A stretch of 64,000 bases of DNA from Candidatus Nanoarchaeia archaeon (GCA_035290865.1 DATDTM010000018.1:11763-75762); one strand, 5' to 3'; positions 29,879-40,235 are shown, numbered from the stretch's first letter. Notes: generated by a model from the letters alone, not told the origin. Numbers and translations are program-made.

Positions 29879-30591
29879 GCTACCGTCACCCAGCTTAATT
29901 TTCTTAAAGGGGGGATGACCTGCATTAAAAAGTTATCTATTCTGGAAAGAGCATGAAAGAGCTTGCTGACAATTCTTTTGTTCTTGATAAGAAAAAACAA
30001 AAATAAGAAAAAACAGGAAAAGAGGTAAAATTCCCTGTGTTTAGCTTGGATTTTCTTTAGGAACTTAAAAGGGATGTATTCCGGTCGGGAATGGCGGTAA
30101 GGAGAGAAAGTGCGATAAGGAAAAGCGAAGAGCCAATGCTTTAAAGTTTCAATAAAGATTAATTTTCCTCCAGGCTTGAGCACACGCAGGCTTTCTTGGA
30201 TAACCTTGTCCTGATCTTCATCTTTAATGTGCATGAGCAGAGAATTGAAATAAACCAAATCAAAAGTATTCTCTTGAAAAGAAAGAGCCCGGGCATCCAT
30301 TTTCTTGACCTGAACCTGCCTGAAATTGTTCTCTGTAAGAACCTTTCTGGTCTCGGAGATGCTTTTTTCAGAGATATCAATAGCAGCCAATTCTGCCCCT
30401 TCCCTGCAAAAGAATAAAGCCTGGGCTCCGCTTCCACAGGCTATCTCTAATAATCTCTTATCTTTAATATCACCTAGCAATTGGTAAGAGAAATCCACTG
30501 CGCTTTTATGCATGAGATGATCAATCAGTTCGGTTTTATCTGTAAAAGAATCTGAATTCCAGACCTCATCCCAGAATCTTTCTTGGTTCAT
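29863..30591 (-). CDS. class I SAM-dependent methyltransferase
   Basis: LLEIACGSGAQALFF motif I. DISEKSI motif II. Confidence 0.7.
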   Translation of the reverse strand: MNQERFWDEVWNSDSFTDKTELIDHLMHKSAVDFSYQLLGDIKDKRLLEIACGSGAQALFFCREGAELAAIDISEKSISETRKVLTENNFRQVQVKKMDARALSFQENTFDLVYFNSLLMHIKDEDQDKVIQESLRVLKPGGKLIFIETLKHWLFAFPYRTFSPYRHSRPEYIPFKFLKKIQAKHREFYLFSCFFLFLFFLIKNKRIVSKLFHALSRIDNFLMQVIPPLRKLSWVTVAWIQK

Positions 30592-30622
30592 TGACAGACC
30601 TTCTTAACTTTACGATTATAAT

Positions 30623-32929
30623 CTATCTTAACTCCTGAACCTCTTTAATCTTTTCCACAATAAATTCAATCTGCTCTTTAGTCAAGTGGCTGGAAGAGGG
30701 CAGATAAAAGCCTTTTCTTTCTAATTCATCTGAACCCGGATATTTTCCGGCGCAGTCAGGATAATTTGGTTTAGGAGAATTAAGGTACATCGGCTGCTTA
30801 TGCATGCCAATGAAGAAAGTCCTGGTTTCCACTCCCCGCTGTTCTAATCTTTCTCTCAACTGGGGCATGGTCTTACCAAAATCATCTTGGATTAAAACAC
30901 CATACATCCAATAAACGTTTTTAGCCCATTCAGCTTCCGGAGGAGTGGTTATTCCTTTTACACCGGCTAAAAGCTGATTGTACAACTGAGCATTATTCCT
31001 GCGAGCTTTCACTAATTCATCAATCCGCTCTAATTGGGCCAGGCCTATGGCCGCCTGCAGATTGGTTAGGCGATAATTGTAGCCTACTTTCGGATGGATA
31101 AATCTGGGCAGGCCAAAATAATGATTTCTTAATTTTTTCATTTCTTCGGCCCATTTATCGTTATTGGTTACGACCATCCCGCCTTCTCCACAATTATGAA
31201 CTAATATTCCGTGGGCAAAGTAATTATGATTATCAACAGTTTCAATATTATGTACTTTCCCGGAATAATTCTTTTTAATTATTTGGGATACTTTAACAAT
31301 CTTTACTTTTGGATTGTAGATAAAAGTTTTAATACGTTCAGATAAAATCTCTTTATTTTTTAGCTCATTCTCCCAGAGAATAAGTGAATCATAACCGCAA
31401 TTATTGTATCTTCTTCTGCGAAGATCATATTCTTCTGGTTTATGCCAGTAAGAGCCAAGTAAATCAATTACTTTGCGTTTTCCTTTCAGGTGAACGAAGT
31501 CAGGAATCAAGCGATCAATCCTTACTTTTAGCCGACAATCGCCATTATAACCAAATTCTCCAGGAAAATACTGCTCCAAGAAGTGCTGAAGGTGCTGTTC
31601 TGGTCTATTTGGTTTTAAGTTCATCCCTTGAAGGTAATGTTCCCAATAAGAATCTTTCTCCATAGCACGAAGAACTCCTTTGCTTACCTTCTCCCGATAA
31701 GAGAAATCTTGCCCTAAAACTAAAGCGGAAAGACGCTTCTTTTCTCTAATCGCTGGATCTGCACCTATTTCTTTCATCTTTTGGCTGAAAGCACTGCGAT
31801 CCTCTGCAGAAAGGGCAGACCATCTCTCTTTTTGAGACTGGCTAAATTTCTTTCTCGTTTCCTTAGAAGGTTTTCTTCCTCTATTTGCTAGACTGATCTT
31901 AGCGGCTACCTGAGACCAATCGATTTTAGCATAAGTTGAATCTTCTTCCGCATGCCTTTGAGAAATAATCAAAGCATGTTCTTTTCTTTTTCTCTCTGCG
32001 ACTTCTGGCCCCATAATCTCTGTATAATTCTTTCCGGTGTACATCTCTTTATAGGCTAGACCACGATAGATATATTGGATTACTTCATCCCCTAGACTTA
32101 ATTGGTCTGCACGAACCCAGCCTTTACTTAAGACATAAACTGGATGATTGGGAGTAGTCTGAAAATGATTATGATTAGAGAAAGATATTTCTAACAAATT
32201 TCCATTATAATCCCTCTTAAAAGTTTTAGTCACTTTCTTATATTCTTTCTGGGCGGTCTTAAGATTATAGGTCAGTACTGAGTCCCCTACTTTAAGCTCA
32301 GATATTTTTTTCATCCTGCTTAATCCTTTGCCGCTTTTTGGAGGCTCGATCAGAATTTTGGTCTCAGGAGGAAAACAGGTCACAATTTTATTGGCATAGA
32401 AACTAAAAGTAGCAATATCGCTTAAGCTACCTGTTTTTCTACCTTTGTATTCTGCGCCGTGCGCTTCAGCTGCATCTTCAATCACATAAAGATTATGCTT
32501 ATCCGCAATTCTTTTGACTTTATCCATATCTACCGGATGGCCATAAGTATGCACGACCATGATCGCTTTAGTTCGGGGAGTGATCTTCTCTTCGATCTTA
32601 TCGATATCAATATTCCAAGTATCCAATTCAGAATCTACTAAGACTGGTTTAGCTCCGGCATAAATCACTCCATTACAAGAAGCAGCCATGGTAAAAGTAG
32701 GAATGATTATTTCATCTCCCGGGCCAATACCCAAAGCTTCTATGGCCAGATGGATAGCTACTGTGCCATTGCAGCAGCTCACCCCATGTTTAACAGTACA
32801 ATATTCTGCAAATTTCTCTTCGAATTTCTGCAAGTAAGATCCGGCAGAAGAAATCCAGCCGGTCTTGATCGTATCAGTAACATACTTCAATTCATTGCCT
32901 TGTAAAGTTGGTTCACAGACGGGTATCAT
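30623..32929 (-). CDS. DegT/DnrJ/EryC1/ArnB-family PLP-dependent sugar aminotransferase, interrupted by an intein
   Basis: N-extein 184 aa (…DAAEAHGAEYKG…FSFYANKIVT), then Cys1; C-extein CGEGGMVVTNN…. The K of SFYANK is the PLP lysine position. Exteins together are ~373 aa, normal for DegT. Confidence 0.85.
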   Translation of the reverse strand: MIPVCEPTLQGNELKYVTDTIKTGWISSAGSYLQKFEEKFAEYCTVKHGVSCCNGTVAIHLAIEALGIGPGDEIIIPTFTMAASCNGVIYAGAKPVLVDSELDTWNIDIDKIEEKITPRTKAIMVVHTYGHPVDMDKVKRIADKHNLYVIEDAAEAHGAEYKGRKTGSLSDIATFSFYANKIVTCFPPETKILIEPPKSGKGLSRMKKISELKVGDSVLTYNLKTAQKEYKKVTKTFKRDYNGNLLEISFSNHNHFQTTPNHPVYVLSKGWVRADQLSLGDEVIQYIYRGLAYKEMYTGKNYTEIMGPEVAERKRKEHALIISQRHAEEDSTYAKIDWSQVAAKISLANRGRKPSKETRKKFSQSQKERWSALSAEDRSAFSQKMKEIGADPAIREKKRLSALVLGQDFSYREKVSKGVLRAMEKDSYWEHYLQGMNLKPNRPEQHLQHFLEQYFPGEFGYNGDCRLKVRIDRLIPDFVHLKGKRKVIDLLGSYWHKPEEYDLRRRRYNNCGYDSLILWENELKNKEILSERIKTFIYNPKVKIVKVSQIIKKNYSGKVHNIETVDNHNYFAHGILVHNCGEGGMVVTNNDKWAEEMKKLRNHYFGLPRFIHPKVGYNYRLTNLQAAIGLAQLERIDELVKARRNNAQLYNQLLAGVKGITTPPEAEWAKNVYWMYGVLIQDDFGKTMPQLRERLEQRGVETRTFFIGMHKQPMYLNSPKPNYPDCAGKYPGSDELERKGFYLPSSSHLTKEQIEFIVEKIKEVQELR
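31193..32377 (-). mobile_element. intein (395 aa) with a putative nested endonuclease domain
   Basis: Starts CFPPETKIL (block A Cys1), block B TPNHP, ends ...AHGILVHN followed by +1 Cys (31190..31192). Internal segment ...IPDFVHLKGKRKVIDLLGSYWH resembles Vsr/DUF559-type PD-(D/E)XK endonucleases rather than LAGLIDADG. Confidence 0.75.
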
Positions 32930-33390
32930 TTTTTATCACCTAGTATTCTTTTTTCCTCTTCCTTGCCCCGATAAGGGCCTTGTTTTATCTCTACCATTTC
33001 AGTTTCTTCTAAAAAAGTAAAGCCATGGGCAGTATTTAAAACAATAGAATCACCGTTCTGGACGATGATCTCTTTGATTTTTTTATCTTGATTTAATTCA
33101 TCATACAAATCAATCTTTAATCTTCCGGAAATTAGGTGAAAAAATTCCTGTATTGGAAAATTCTTTAATTCTTTAAAGGGAATATGGGCATGGGCAGGGA
33201 TGGTCTCTTCCTTTTGGCGATGATGGATTCCCAGCTGGAAAGGAAAATCATCCGGGCTGGCGAAAAGCATTTTCTTTCCTGATTCTTTTAATTCTGAGAA
33301 AGCTTTTCCGCGGATGATTACAGCTAAGAGCTTGCCGTTATGTTCTACTCTTTCTATGGAATGGGCGAAATTATCTTCTCTCTGAACCAT
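32926..33390 (-). CDS. cupin-fold protein, possible NDP-4-keto-6-deoxyhexose 3,4-ketoisomerase (FdtA/WxcM-like)
   Basis: ~150-aa cupin with a His pair (HAHIPF), directly upstream of the DegT aminotransferase with a 4-nt overlap, the classical FdtA–FdtB arrangement. Motif match is weak. Confidence 0.45.
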   Translation of the reverse strand: MVQREDNFAHSIERVEHNGKLLAVIIRGKAFSELKESGKKMLFASPDDFPFQLGIHHRQKEETIPAHAHIPFKELKNFPIQEFFHLISGRLKIDLYDELNQDKKIKEIIVQNGDSIVLNTAHGFTFLEETEMVEIKQGPYRGKEEEKRILGDKK

Positions 33391-33526
33391 TTTGGGTGTT
33401 TTTATGCTTTTGATTTTAAAAAGGTTGTGGAGATTAAGAACAATTGATTCGGTTTTTACTGAAACAAATCTTCTCTTACAATTGAAACATTAACAGGTGT
33501 TAATTTTATAAACCTCAAATCTTTAC

Positions 33527-34726
33527 TTGAATCTAATGATTAATCTCAAGCACGTGAGAGAATTTCTCCCTTATTATCTTAGCTTTATCTTTAGATATGG
33601 CTTCTCCATTGTATCTGTATTGAGTGTTTTGTATTTTAATATCAAAGGCTTCTCGTATCCTATCATTGCTTTGTACTTTTCTATAACATTTATCTCTGCA
33701 TTAATCTTTGAAATTCCTACCAGCATATTCGCTGATAAGTTTGGGCGCAAGAAGAGTGTAATGATTACGTTTATCGCCGAAATTATCATCTTAGCATCTT
33801 ATCCATTCATATCTTCTAATTTTGCCCTGTTAACTTTAGGTTTTCTCCATGGTTTATTTGGTACGTTTGCGTTGGGATCAGAAACTTCGCTGATGGTAGA
33901 TAATCTAAAAAAGAAGGAGAAGGTGCAGGAGTATTATATTACCTGCTCGACTTTGTTTAAAGTAACTGGCGTACTATCAGGATTAACTGGATACCTATTC
34001 TTCTTGTTTTTTGAAATTAAGCAGCCAGTTGGTAGGTTTGTGGCCATTGACCTGCTCTGGTTTATCTATGCGTTCAGTATGCTGATTACCACCTTAATCT
34101 TCTGGCTTAAAGTTGATGAAAAACCATTCCTGAAATCAACCCAAAACACATTTGCTTTTACTTGGTCCAGTCTAAAACACATTTGGATTAATCATAACTT
34201 AAGACTTATTTTCTTTTGGAACTTATTGTTTATGATTGTTTTTTATACTTGGTTTTTTTTGTATTTGCCGCACTTAGATTCTTACGGGATAAAGTTTAAC
34301 CAAATCTCTTTAGCGTATGTTTTTCTGTCGTTAGCAGGTTTTCCCACAGCTAAACTGGGGCAAAAGCTTTATCGTTGGATTAAGCATGAAAAACCATTTT
34401 TACAATGGAGTTATTCTTTCTATTTCGTCTGGTGTTTACTGGTGCTTATTCCCGGAACTGTTTTCGCTTATATCTACTGGTTTGTCCGTTGGAATTCAGT
34501 CGGATTCTTCAAACCAATTGAAGGAGCATATACTGAAGAATATATTCCTACTGAAAAGCGATCTACCATCAATTCCATGCAAACTATGGTTGGCCACTTA
34601 GGATTTGCGATTGGGCCATTGTTAGGAGGATATTTATTAACTGTAACCACTCCTACTTATGCTATCTTCTTCTCTAGCTTGTTGATTATTCCAATCATAG
34701 TGATTATTGGGTTTCTAAGAAAATAA
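33527..34726 (+). CDS. MFS transporter
   Basis: 12 TM. Loop 2-3 motif FADKFGRKKS. Confidence 0.75.
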   Translation: MNLMINLKHVREFLPYYLSFIFRYGFSIVSVLSVLYFNIKGFSYPIIALYFSITFISALIFEIPTSIFADKFGRKKSVMITFIAEIIILASYPFISSNFALLTLGFLHGLFGTFALGSETSLMVDNLKKKEKVQEYYITCSTLFKVTGVLSGLTGYLFFLFFEIKQPVGRFVAIDLLWFIYAFSMLITTLIFWLKVDEKPFLKSTQNTFAFTWSSLKHIWINHNLRLIFFWNLLFMIVFYTWFFLYLPHLDSYGIKFNQISLAYVFLSLAGFPTAKLGQKLYRWIKHEKPFLQWSYSFYFVWCLLVLIPGTVFAYIYWFVRWNSVGFFKPIEGAYTEEYIPTEKRSTINSMQTMVGHLGFAIGPLLGGYLLTVTTPTYAIFFSSLLIIPIIVIIGFLRK

Positions 34727-34918
34727 ATTTATAATTCAACACCATCCCATTTAAAAACACCCGTGTTAGAAACAAGAGTATATGTGTTTATTCGAAAAAC
34801 TAAAACGAAGGCTTAACATAATAAAACCGATTATCCTACCGAAAGGAAATAGTTATGGGACACGACACTGATGATCTTAACAATTAAATTAATATAGATG
34901 ATTTAGTTTAGGTTAAAT

Positions 34919-35647
34919 ATGGATAATAAACAACTCCTAAATATTATTAATCAGTTATCTAAATTAACAGTAAACCGACTCAAAGACAAAGGCTTAATCT
35001 CATTATATCTTGCGGGAACGATACTCAGCAAAGACCGCACCAAGCATAGCGATATCGATCTATTTGGGATTGTAGATCACTTTAATTTTAAAGAGGAAGA
35101 AAAGTTAAACCAATGGTTTGAGAAGAAGAGAAAAACTCTCTGTGGCGGCTTTGAATGCAGATTCAGGGGAATTCCATTAAGAACATTGCAAGGCGGAAAA
35201 AGAGAAGGGGTAACCAAATTCTTGCATCCGCAGCGTTTAATTAGACTATTTCCATTCTGGAAGCAGTTATGGGGAGAAAAGTTTAATTTTGAGCAGAAGC
35301 AATTCGTTAAACCAATGCCCCTAAAAAAAGAAGCAGTGTGGCTGATTCAGATCCTCAATAAAGATTTAAAGAAAGTTCAGGCAGGAGCACAAGCTTATCT
35401 TTTAATAAATTATCCCAAGAACATTATTCAACTCATAAGGGTTGAGGCAGAGCATGATTTGGGATTTAAGTTTCATCCTTCTTATGTTGAATTACAGAAA
35501 CATCTCAGTAAGCAGAAAAAACATATCATTCATGAAGCGATTAGATTACGAAATAAAGGGTTTACTTTAAAAGACGTAGCTACGTTTACTCTAGAAGTAG
35601 AGAAATATTTAACCGAAATGCGGAAGAAAATTAAAGAGTGGAAATAA
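34919..35647 (+). CDS. nucleotidyltransferase-domain protein (Pol-beta superfamily; ANT/KNTase-like)
   Basis: GTILSKDRTKHSDIDLFG (G[ST]x9-13DxD). Confidence 0.55.
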   Translation: MDNKQLLNIINQLSKLTVNRLKDKGLISLYLAGTILSKDRTKHSDIDLFGIVDHFNFKEEEKLNQWFEKKRKTLCGGFECRFRGIPLRTLQGGKREGVTKFLHPQRLIRLFPFWKQLWGEKFNFEQKQFVKPMPLKKEAVWLIQILNKDLKKVQAGAQAYLLINYPKNIIQLIRVEAEHDLGFKFHPSYVELQKHLSKQKKHIIHEAIRLRNKGFTLKDVATFTLEVEKYLTEMRKKIKEWK

Positions 35648-35700
35648 TTTACACAAATAGAATGAATTGTGTTGATGAATAAAAATTAGGTGTTAAAAAA

Positions 35701-37251
35701 ATGTGTGGTATTGGGGGAATTATTGGAGATCATTCGAATACAGATGCAAAGAAATTAATCTCTTTACTTAAACATAGAGGGCCCGATGATGATGGTTTCT
35801 GGAATGATAAAAAAGTTCTTTTAGTGGCAACGAGATTAATGATCACCAGCGATAAAAAAGAAGGTATCCAGCCTTTTGTTAAAGATGGCTACATCCTGAT
35901 CTATAATGGAGAAATTTTTAATTATCAGAGATTAAAAGACGAACTTAAGAAGAGTTGTAGATTTTCAACAAATACGGATACGGAAGTACTCATGAATGGT
36001 TTAATAAACGAAAGAGAATCTTTTATCCGCAAACTGGATGGCCAATTTGCTTTCGCCTTCTATGATCTTAAACGTAAAAAAGTTTTACTAGCTAGAGATC
36101 AAATTGGAAGAATGCCTTTATACTATACTCAGGCTAAAGATGGAAGATTTATTTTTGCTTCTGAGATGAAAGCAATCTTTTCTGTGGATGTAAAAGCAAA
36201 GTTAAAAGGAGGGGATAAACACTTCAAATATCAATGGAGTAACCAAATACCCACAACAAATAATACCATATTTGAGAAGGTGTATCAGCTTCTTCCGGGT
36301 CAAATTATCTCTATTGATTTAAATGGAGAAAGAACAATCAGAAAATCAGTTTATTATGAACTCAACCAATCAAGTATATTAAACAAACCTCAATCATATT
36401 TTCTGTCTCGTCTTCCAGAACTGTTAAAAAATTCAGTAAATCGAGAATTAATAGGTCATGCAAAAATAGGGTTGTCTTTTTCGGGAGGGGTTGATTCTAC
36501 CATCATTTTAAAGATTCTTAGTGAAAAATTGGATTATCCACCAGTTTCAATAGCGGCTTTCCGAGATGAAAAATATTTTGATACGGTACGGGAAGCTAGC
36601 AGATTGTTTAATACGAAACTAGTGGAGATTAAGTTGGATAAGAAAATTGTTAAAGAGCTACCTAAAACTATTTATGCAACTGAAACCTACGGGATGGGTC
36701 ATGGTATTGAACTACTGCATTTTAACATCTCTAAAGAAGCCCAAAAACAGAAAGTTAAAGTATTGATGTGCGGAGCTGGGATTGATGAAGAGTTTCTGGG
36801 CTATTGGCATTTTTTAAAACATACGTTTGATAAATTCAAAAATAGGGGTATGCTTGAGAAAGAATTAATTAAAGAAAGGCATCAGGAGATTAAACAATTA
36901 TATAATTCCCACCTCCTGGTTAGAGACAGAACCAGAATGGCGCATGGGATAGAAGCCAGATCGCCGTTTGTGAATGTACCTTTAATTGAATCGGCCCTTA
37001 AAATTCCACCTTTTTATTGTGTGGATAGCGCTGGGGGCGTAAAGAAGATTATGAGAACTGCCACTGCGGAATTCTTACCTAAAAAGTATGCTTATATGAA
37101 AAAAATACAGTCCTACACCCATTCAAATATCTTCAGCATATTGCAGGAAGAGCTAGGCCTTGACACCAATGAAGAATATTTAACCCTCTGCAAAGGGATG
37201 GTGGAGAAAATCTTTGTAGATGGAAAGAACCCCAATACACTTAAGATTTAG
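35701..37251 (+). CDS. asparagine synthetase B-like glutamine amidotransferase (probable glycan/sugar carboxyl amidation enzyme)
   Basis: MCGIGG Ntn Cys2. PP-loop SGGVDS. ~516 aa. Confidence 0.85.
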   Translation: MCGIGGIIGDHSNTDAKKLISLLKHRGPDDDGFWNDKKVLLVATRLMITSDKKEGIQPFVKDGYILIYNGEIFNYQRLKDELKKSCRFSTNTDTEVLMNGLINERESFIRKLDGQFAFAFYDLKRKKVLLARDQIGRMPLYYTQAKDGRFIFASEMKAIFSVDVKAKLKGGDKHFKYQWSNQIPTTNNTIFEKVYQLLPGQIISIDLNGERTIRKSVYYELNQSSILNKPQSYFLSRLPELLKNSVNRELIGHAKIGLSFSGGVDSTIILKILSEKLDYPPVSIAAFRDEKYFDTVREASRLFNTKLVEIKLDKKIVKELPKTIYATETYGMGHGIELLHFNISKEAQKQKVKVLMCGAGIDEEFLGYWHFLKHTFDKFKNRGMLEKELIKERHQEIKQLYNSHLLVRDRTRMAHGIEARSPFVNVPLIESALKIPPFYCVDSAGGVKKIMRTATAEFLPKKYAYMKKIQSYTHSNIFSILQEELGLDTNEEYLTLCKGMVEKIFVDGKNPNTLKI

Positions 37252-38009
37252 GGTTTTGCCTGCTTCCAGACTTTTTCAAAGAATTCGCGATATCTATTAG
37301 CTATTCTTTTTGAAGTGACTTCAAAACAAATCGGATTATCTCCCCAGATATTCATAATAACCCTATTTTTTCCAATACTGATGGCCAGGGGCAGACTTAA
37401 ATGTGTATATCTCATTTTCCTATTTTTTTGCTTAAGACTGGTACCAAACAGATCTTTAAGAGCATAATCTGCAATACCTCTAGAAAAGATACTTTTCTCT
37501 AATCTTTTGGAATGAAAGTTCTTAAAGAAAATTACCACTAGTTTATGTTCCAACTCTTCTTTCTGCTGGGCAAAGAAAAGAAATTCTTCCCCGGGATTTA
37601 GTTCAGCCAATAGATTATCAAAAGCCACTCGCATCCCAGCAAAGCCTTTATAGATCTGGGCCGACTCTTCTTCATGCTTCCCAATAATTTTTTTCATCTC
37701 TTCAATAAATAATTTGGAATCTTCTTTTACTGCTTCTAATTCTATTTGTTTTTTGTCCAAATATTCGATAATATTTTGAGGATTAGCAATTTGGAACTTC
37801 TTTACATTATTTTCAACAATAAAACAAACCAATCCTCTTTGAATAAGCCGTTCCAGGATAAGATATACTTTTGAACTGGAAATGCCAGATTTATCCATTA
37901 TTGGGCCTGTTGAAGACTGCCCCAAATAAGCTAAAGCCTCGTAAACCCTAATTTCGCCCTCAGTTAAGCCTATCTTACGGAGTATTTCTGTATTCATAGA
38001 GCTAATCAA
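37248..38009 (-). CDS. TrmB-family transcriptional regulator
   Basis: N-terminal HTH LTEGEIRVYEALAYLGQSSTGPIMDKSGISSSKVYLILERLIQRGLV. Divergent from the rSAM gene at 38130. Confidence 0.7.
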   Translation of the reverse strand: MISSMNTEILRKIGLTEGEIRVYEALAYLGQSSTGPIMDKSGISSSKVYLILERLIQRGLVCFIVENNVKKFQIANPQNIIEYLDKKQIELEAVKEDSKLFIEEMKKIIGKHEEESAQIYKGFAGMRVAFDNLLAELNPGEEFLFFAQQKEELEHKLVVIFFKNFHSKRLEKSIFSRGIADYALKDLFGTSLKQKNRKMRYTHLSLPLAISIGKNRVIMNIWGDNPICFEVTSKRIANRYREFFEKVWKQAKP

Positions 38010-38129
38010 AGCTTAGAACTATATTAAACTTTCTTATTACTACGCACTTAGGGGGAGAGAGTATTTATAATCTTTTCTATATGTGTCTACTTGATAGTCG
38101 TAACAAAAATAATAAGGGGATGATTAAAA

Positions 38130-39143
38130 ATGAAAAAATTAGAAAAGATACTTAAGTTTTCACCAATGTACTTTAATCCTAGCGAGGGGGATATAGTCTA
38201 CCTTAACCTGAATGTCTCTGATAGCTGCAATTATAGATGCCTAAAGTGTTTTCAAGGAAAGATAAAACCCACCGGGGATTCGCTGGACTTACCTGACCTA
38301 ATCAAGGTAATTGACCGAGCAAAAGAAGAGTTAGGCATTAAAAGCATGTATATCTCGGGAAGAGGAGAAACTTTTCTGGTAGGGAAAGGAAACTTAGACC
38401 AAAAGCTACAAAATTACAAACAGCTGGTGGAACATGCAAATAAAGCTGGAATTGGAATTATGCAATTTACGAATGGTTATTATCTAGATCCGGAAATGGT
38501 AGATTTCTTGGCTGATCAAGATGTTTCGGTGGTAGTCAGCTTAGATACACTGAATGAAGAAAAGTATCATCGGCTTTTTGTTGCTCCAAAAGATGCTTTT
38601 CGTAGAGTAATGGATAATGTGGATTATGCCAGGAAAAAGTTTCCGATAGAAGAGGAAAAAGGAGTAAAAACCTACAGATTAGGAATTAATACTGCCATTA
38701 GTCATGAAAATTTAGATGAAGTGGATCAAATCAAGAGTTTTTGTGGTGAAGATATCATTTTCTTCTCAAATTATCCTATGATTAGAGGAAATTTCCAAGA
38801 AAACTTAGGGCAGATGTGTCAATCTAAGCAGGAATATGATCGATTTAAAGAGAAGGTTAAAGAAACCTCAGCTTATCGTTCCCTAGCGGGTATCTGTCAG
38901 AATGGATCTTGCGGATTTTATTATAACGGAATAACTATCGATGTTAATGGTAACGTCCTATTAAGTCCATACGATATAAGTACGGGAAGCTTGTTTGGTA
39001 ATATTAGGGATTATGCTAATATGGGAGAAGCTATGACTAAAGTTAGAGGAAGTGTACAAAGATTCCTAGAAAAGTATCCAGATGCAAAAGAGTGCCCACT
39101 AAGACATCCAAATTATGCGGAATTTCCTAGTTTTGTGAAATAA
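38130..39143 (+). CDS. radical SAM enzyme with C-terminal twitch/SPASM-like Cys motif
   Basis: VSDSCNYRCLKCFQG. GRGETFL. C-terminal CQNGSCGFY. Confidence 0.75.
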   Translation: MKKLEKILKFSPMYFNPSEGDIVYLNLNVSDSCNYRCLKCFQGKIKPTGDSLDLPDLIKVIDRAKEELGIKSMYISGRGETFLVGKGNLDQKLQNYKQLVEHANKAGIGIMQFTNGYYLDPEMVDFLADQDVSVVVSLDTLNEEKYHRLFVAPKDAFRRVMDNVDYARKKFPIEEEKGVKTYRLGINTAISHENLDEVDQIKSFCGEDIIFFSNYPMIRGNFQENLGQMCQSKQEYDRFKEKVKETSAYRSLAGICQNGSCGFYYNGITIDVNGNVLLSPYDISTGSLFGNIRDYANMGEAMTKVRGSVQRFLEKYPDAKECPLRHPNYAEFPSFVK

Positions 39144-39251
39144 TCTTTGGAAGAAATAACTCAATCCTATAAAGATTATTTTAGCCAAAGTTTAAATGAT
39201 TATTTTTTATTTCAATTAATTTTATTAAGTTATTAATCTTTATTAAAGAAT

Positions 39252-39674
39252 ATGATCCCAATAATGTTAAGACCGCATCATTTAACGGCCTATAAAGCGT
39301 TTATATTAGAACCAAATGTTTTTACTTGGTCTGATAAAAAGTTTATACGTGCTTGGAGAAACGATTGGGGCAAGGGAGATTATCATTCTGATGATTTAGT
39401 CTTACACTGGCGTGATACTATGAAAAAAATGTATAATTATCCTAGATTAAAATTTATGTATGTTTTAGGTATTGATACAGTTTGTAATAAGTGTGAACAT
39501 GCTGGTGGAAAAAAAGCCGTAGATTGTACTGAGATTGCATTAGAATGGGATAAAAGAGCCATGGCTGAACTGAACGCATTAGGAATTAAACTAAAATTTG
39601 GTGAAGTTTATACCAGTGCTTACATCACCGATTTGTTTAAATTAAGATTAAGTCATCTGAAATTTAGGTTCTAA
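39252..39674 (+). CDS. hypothetical Cys-containing protein (140 aa)
   Basis: LRPHHL N-terminus. CNKCEHAGGKKAVDC. No confident family. Confidence 0.4.
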   Translation: MIPIMLRPHHLTAYKAFILEPNVFTWSDKKFIRAWRNDWGKGDYHSDDLVLHWRDTMKKMYNYPRLKFMYVLGIDTVCNKCEHAGGKKAVDCTEIALEWDKRAMAELNALGIKLKFGEVYTSAYITDLFKLRLSHLKFRF

Positions 39675-39761
39675 TACAAAGTATACCTAAGCAAGTATTT
39701 GAAAGTATTATCAAAAGCAAAAACACAAAAGTTAATATAGTCTCCAAAGTTTATTTTTAAT

Positions 39762-40235
39762 ATGAAACATCCAAATAAAGAAATAATGCAGGAACTCATA
39801 AATTACACTAAGAAATTTACAAAGTATGGGGATGCAGTGGGCGCACTGCTGGTAAAAAGAAATAAGATAGTTGCAAAAGCTGCAGCAACTGTTGAAAAAG
39901 ACCAAGATCCAACCTCTCATGCCGAACTTAAAGTGATAAGTAAGATGTGTAGAAAAAATAAGAATTATCACTTAAAGGGATATTATCTTTACTCAACTCT
40001 TGAACCCTGTCCAATGTGTGCTAGTGGTATTGTCTGGGCAAGAATTAAAGGGGTAGTCTATGGGTTGGAAGGTCATGATATTTGGGGCAGATTAAATATT
40101 CCAGCACGAAAAATATTTAAAACTAGTCCTGAAAGAATAGAAGTTTATCCTAAATTTATGGAGAAAGAATGTCTTGAGCTTTCCCGAGAAAGTAAAGATA
40201 AAGAGATGGGTGAGTTTTTTAAATCTAACAAATAA
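39762..40235 (+). CDS. CDA-fold zinc deaminase (TadA / guanine / nucleoside deaminase-like)
   Basis: HAELKVISK (HAE) and LEPCPMCASGIVWARI (PCxxC) zinc-binding motifs. Confidence 0.75.
   Translation: MKHPNKEIMQELINYTKKFTKYGDAVGALLVKRNKIVAKAAATVEKDQDPTSHAELKVISKMCRKNKNYHLKGYYLYSTLEPCPMCASGIVWARIKGVVYGLEGHDIWGRLNIPARKIFKTSPERIEVYPKFMEKECLELSRESKDKEMGEFFKSNK

Noticed and set aside
34855-34887. Tiny ORF MGHDTDDLNN in the 34727..34918 intergenic region
   Set aside because: Only 10 codons, no RBS or recognisable leader-peptide context.
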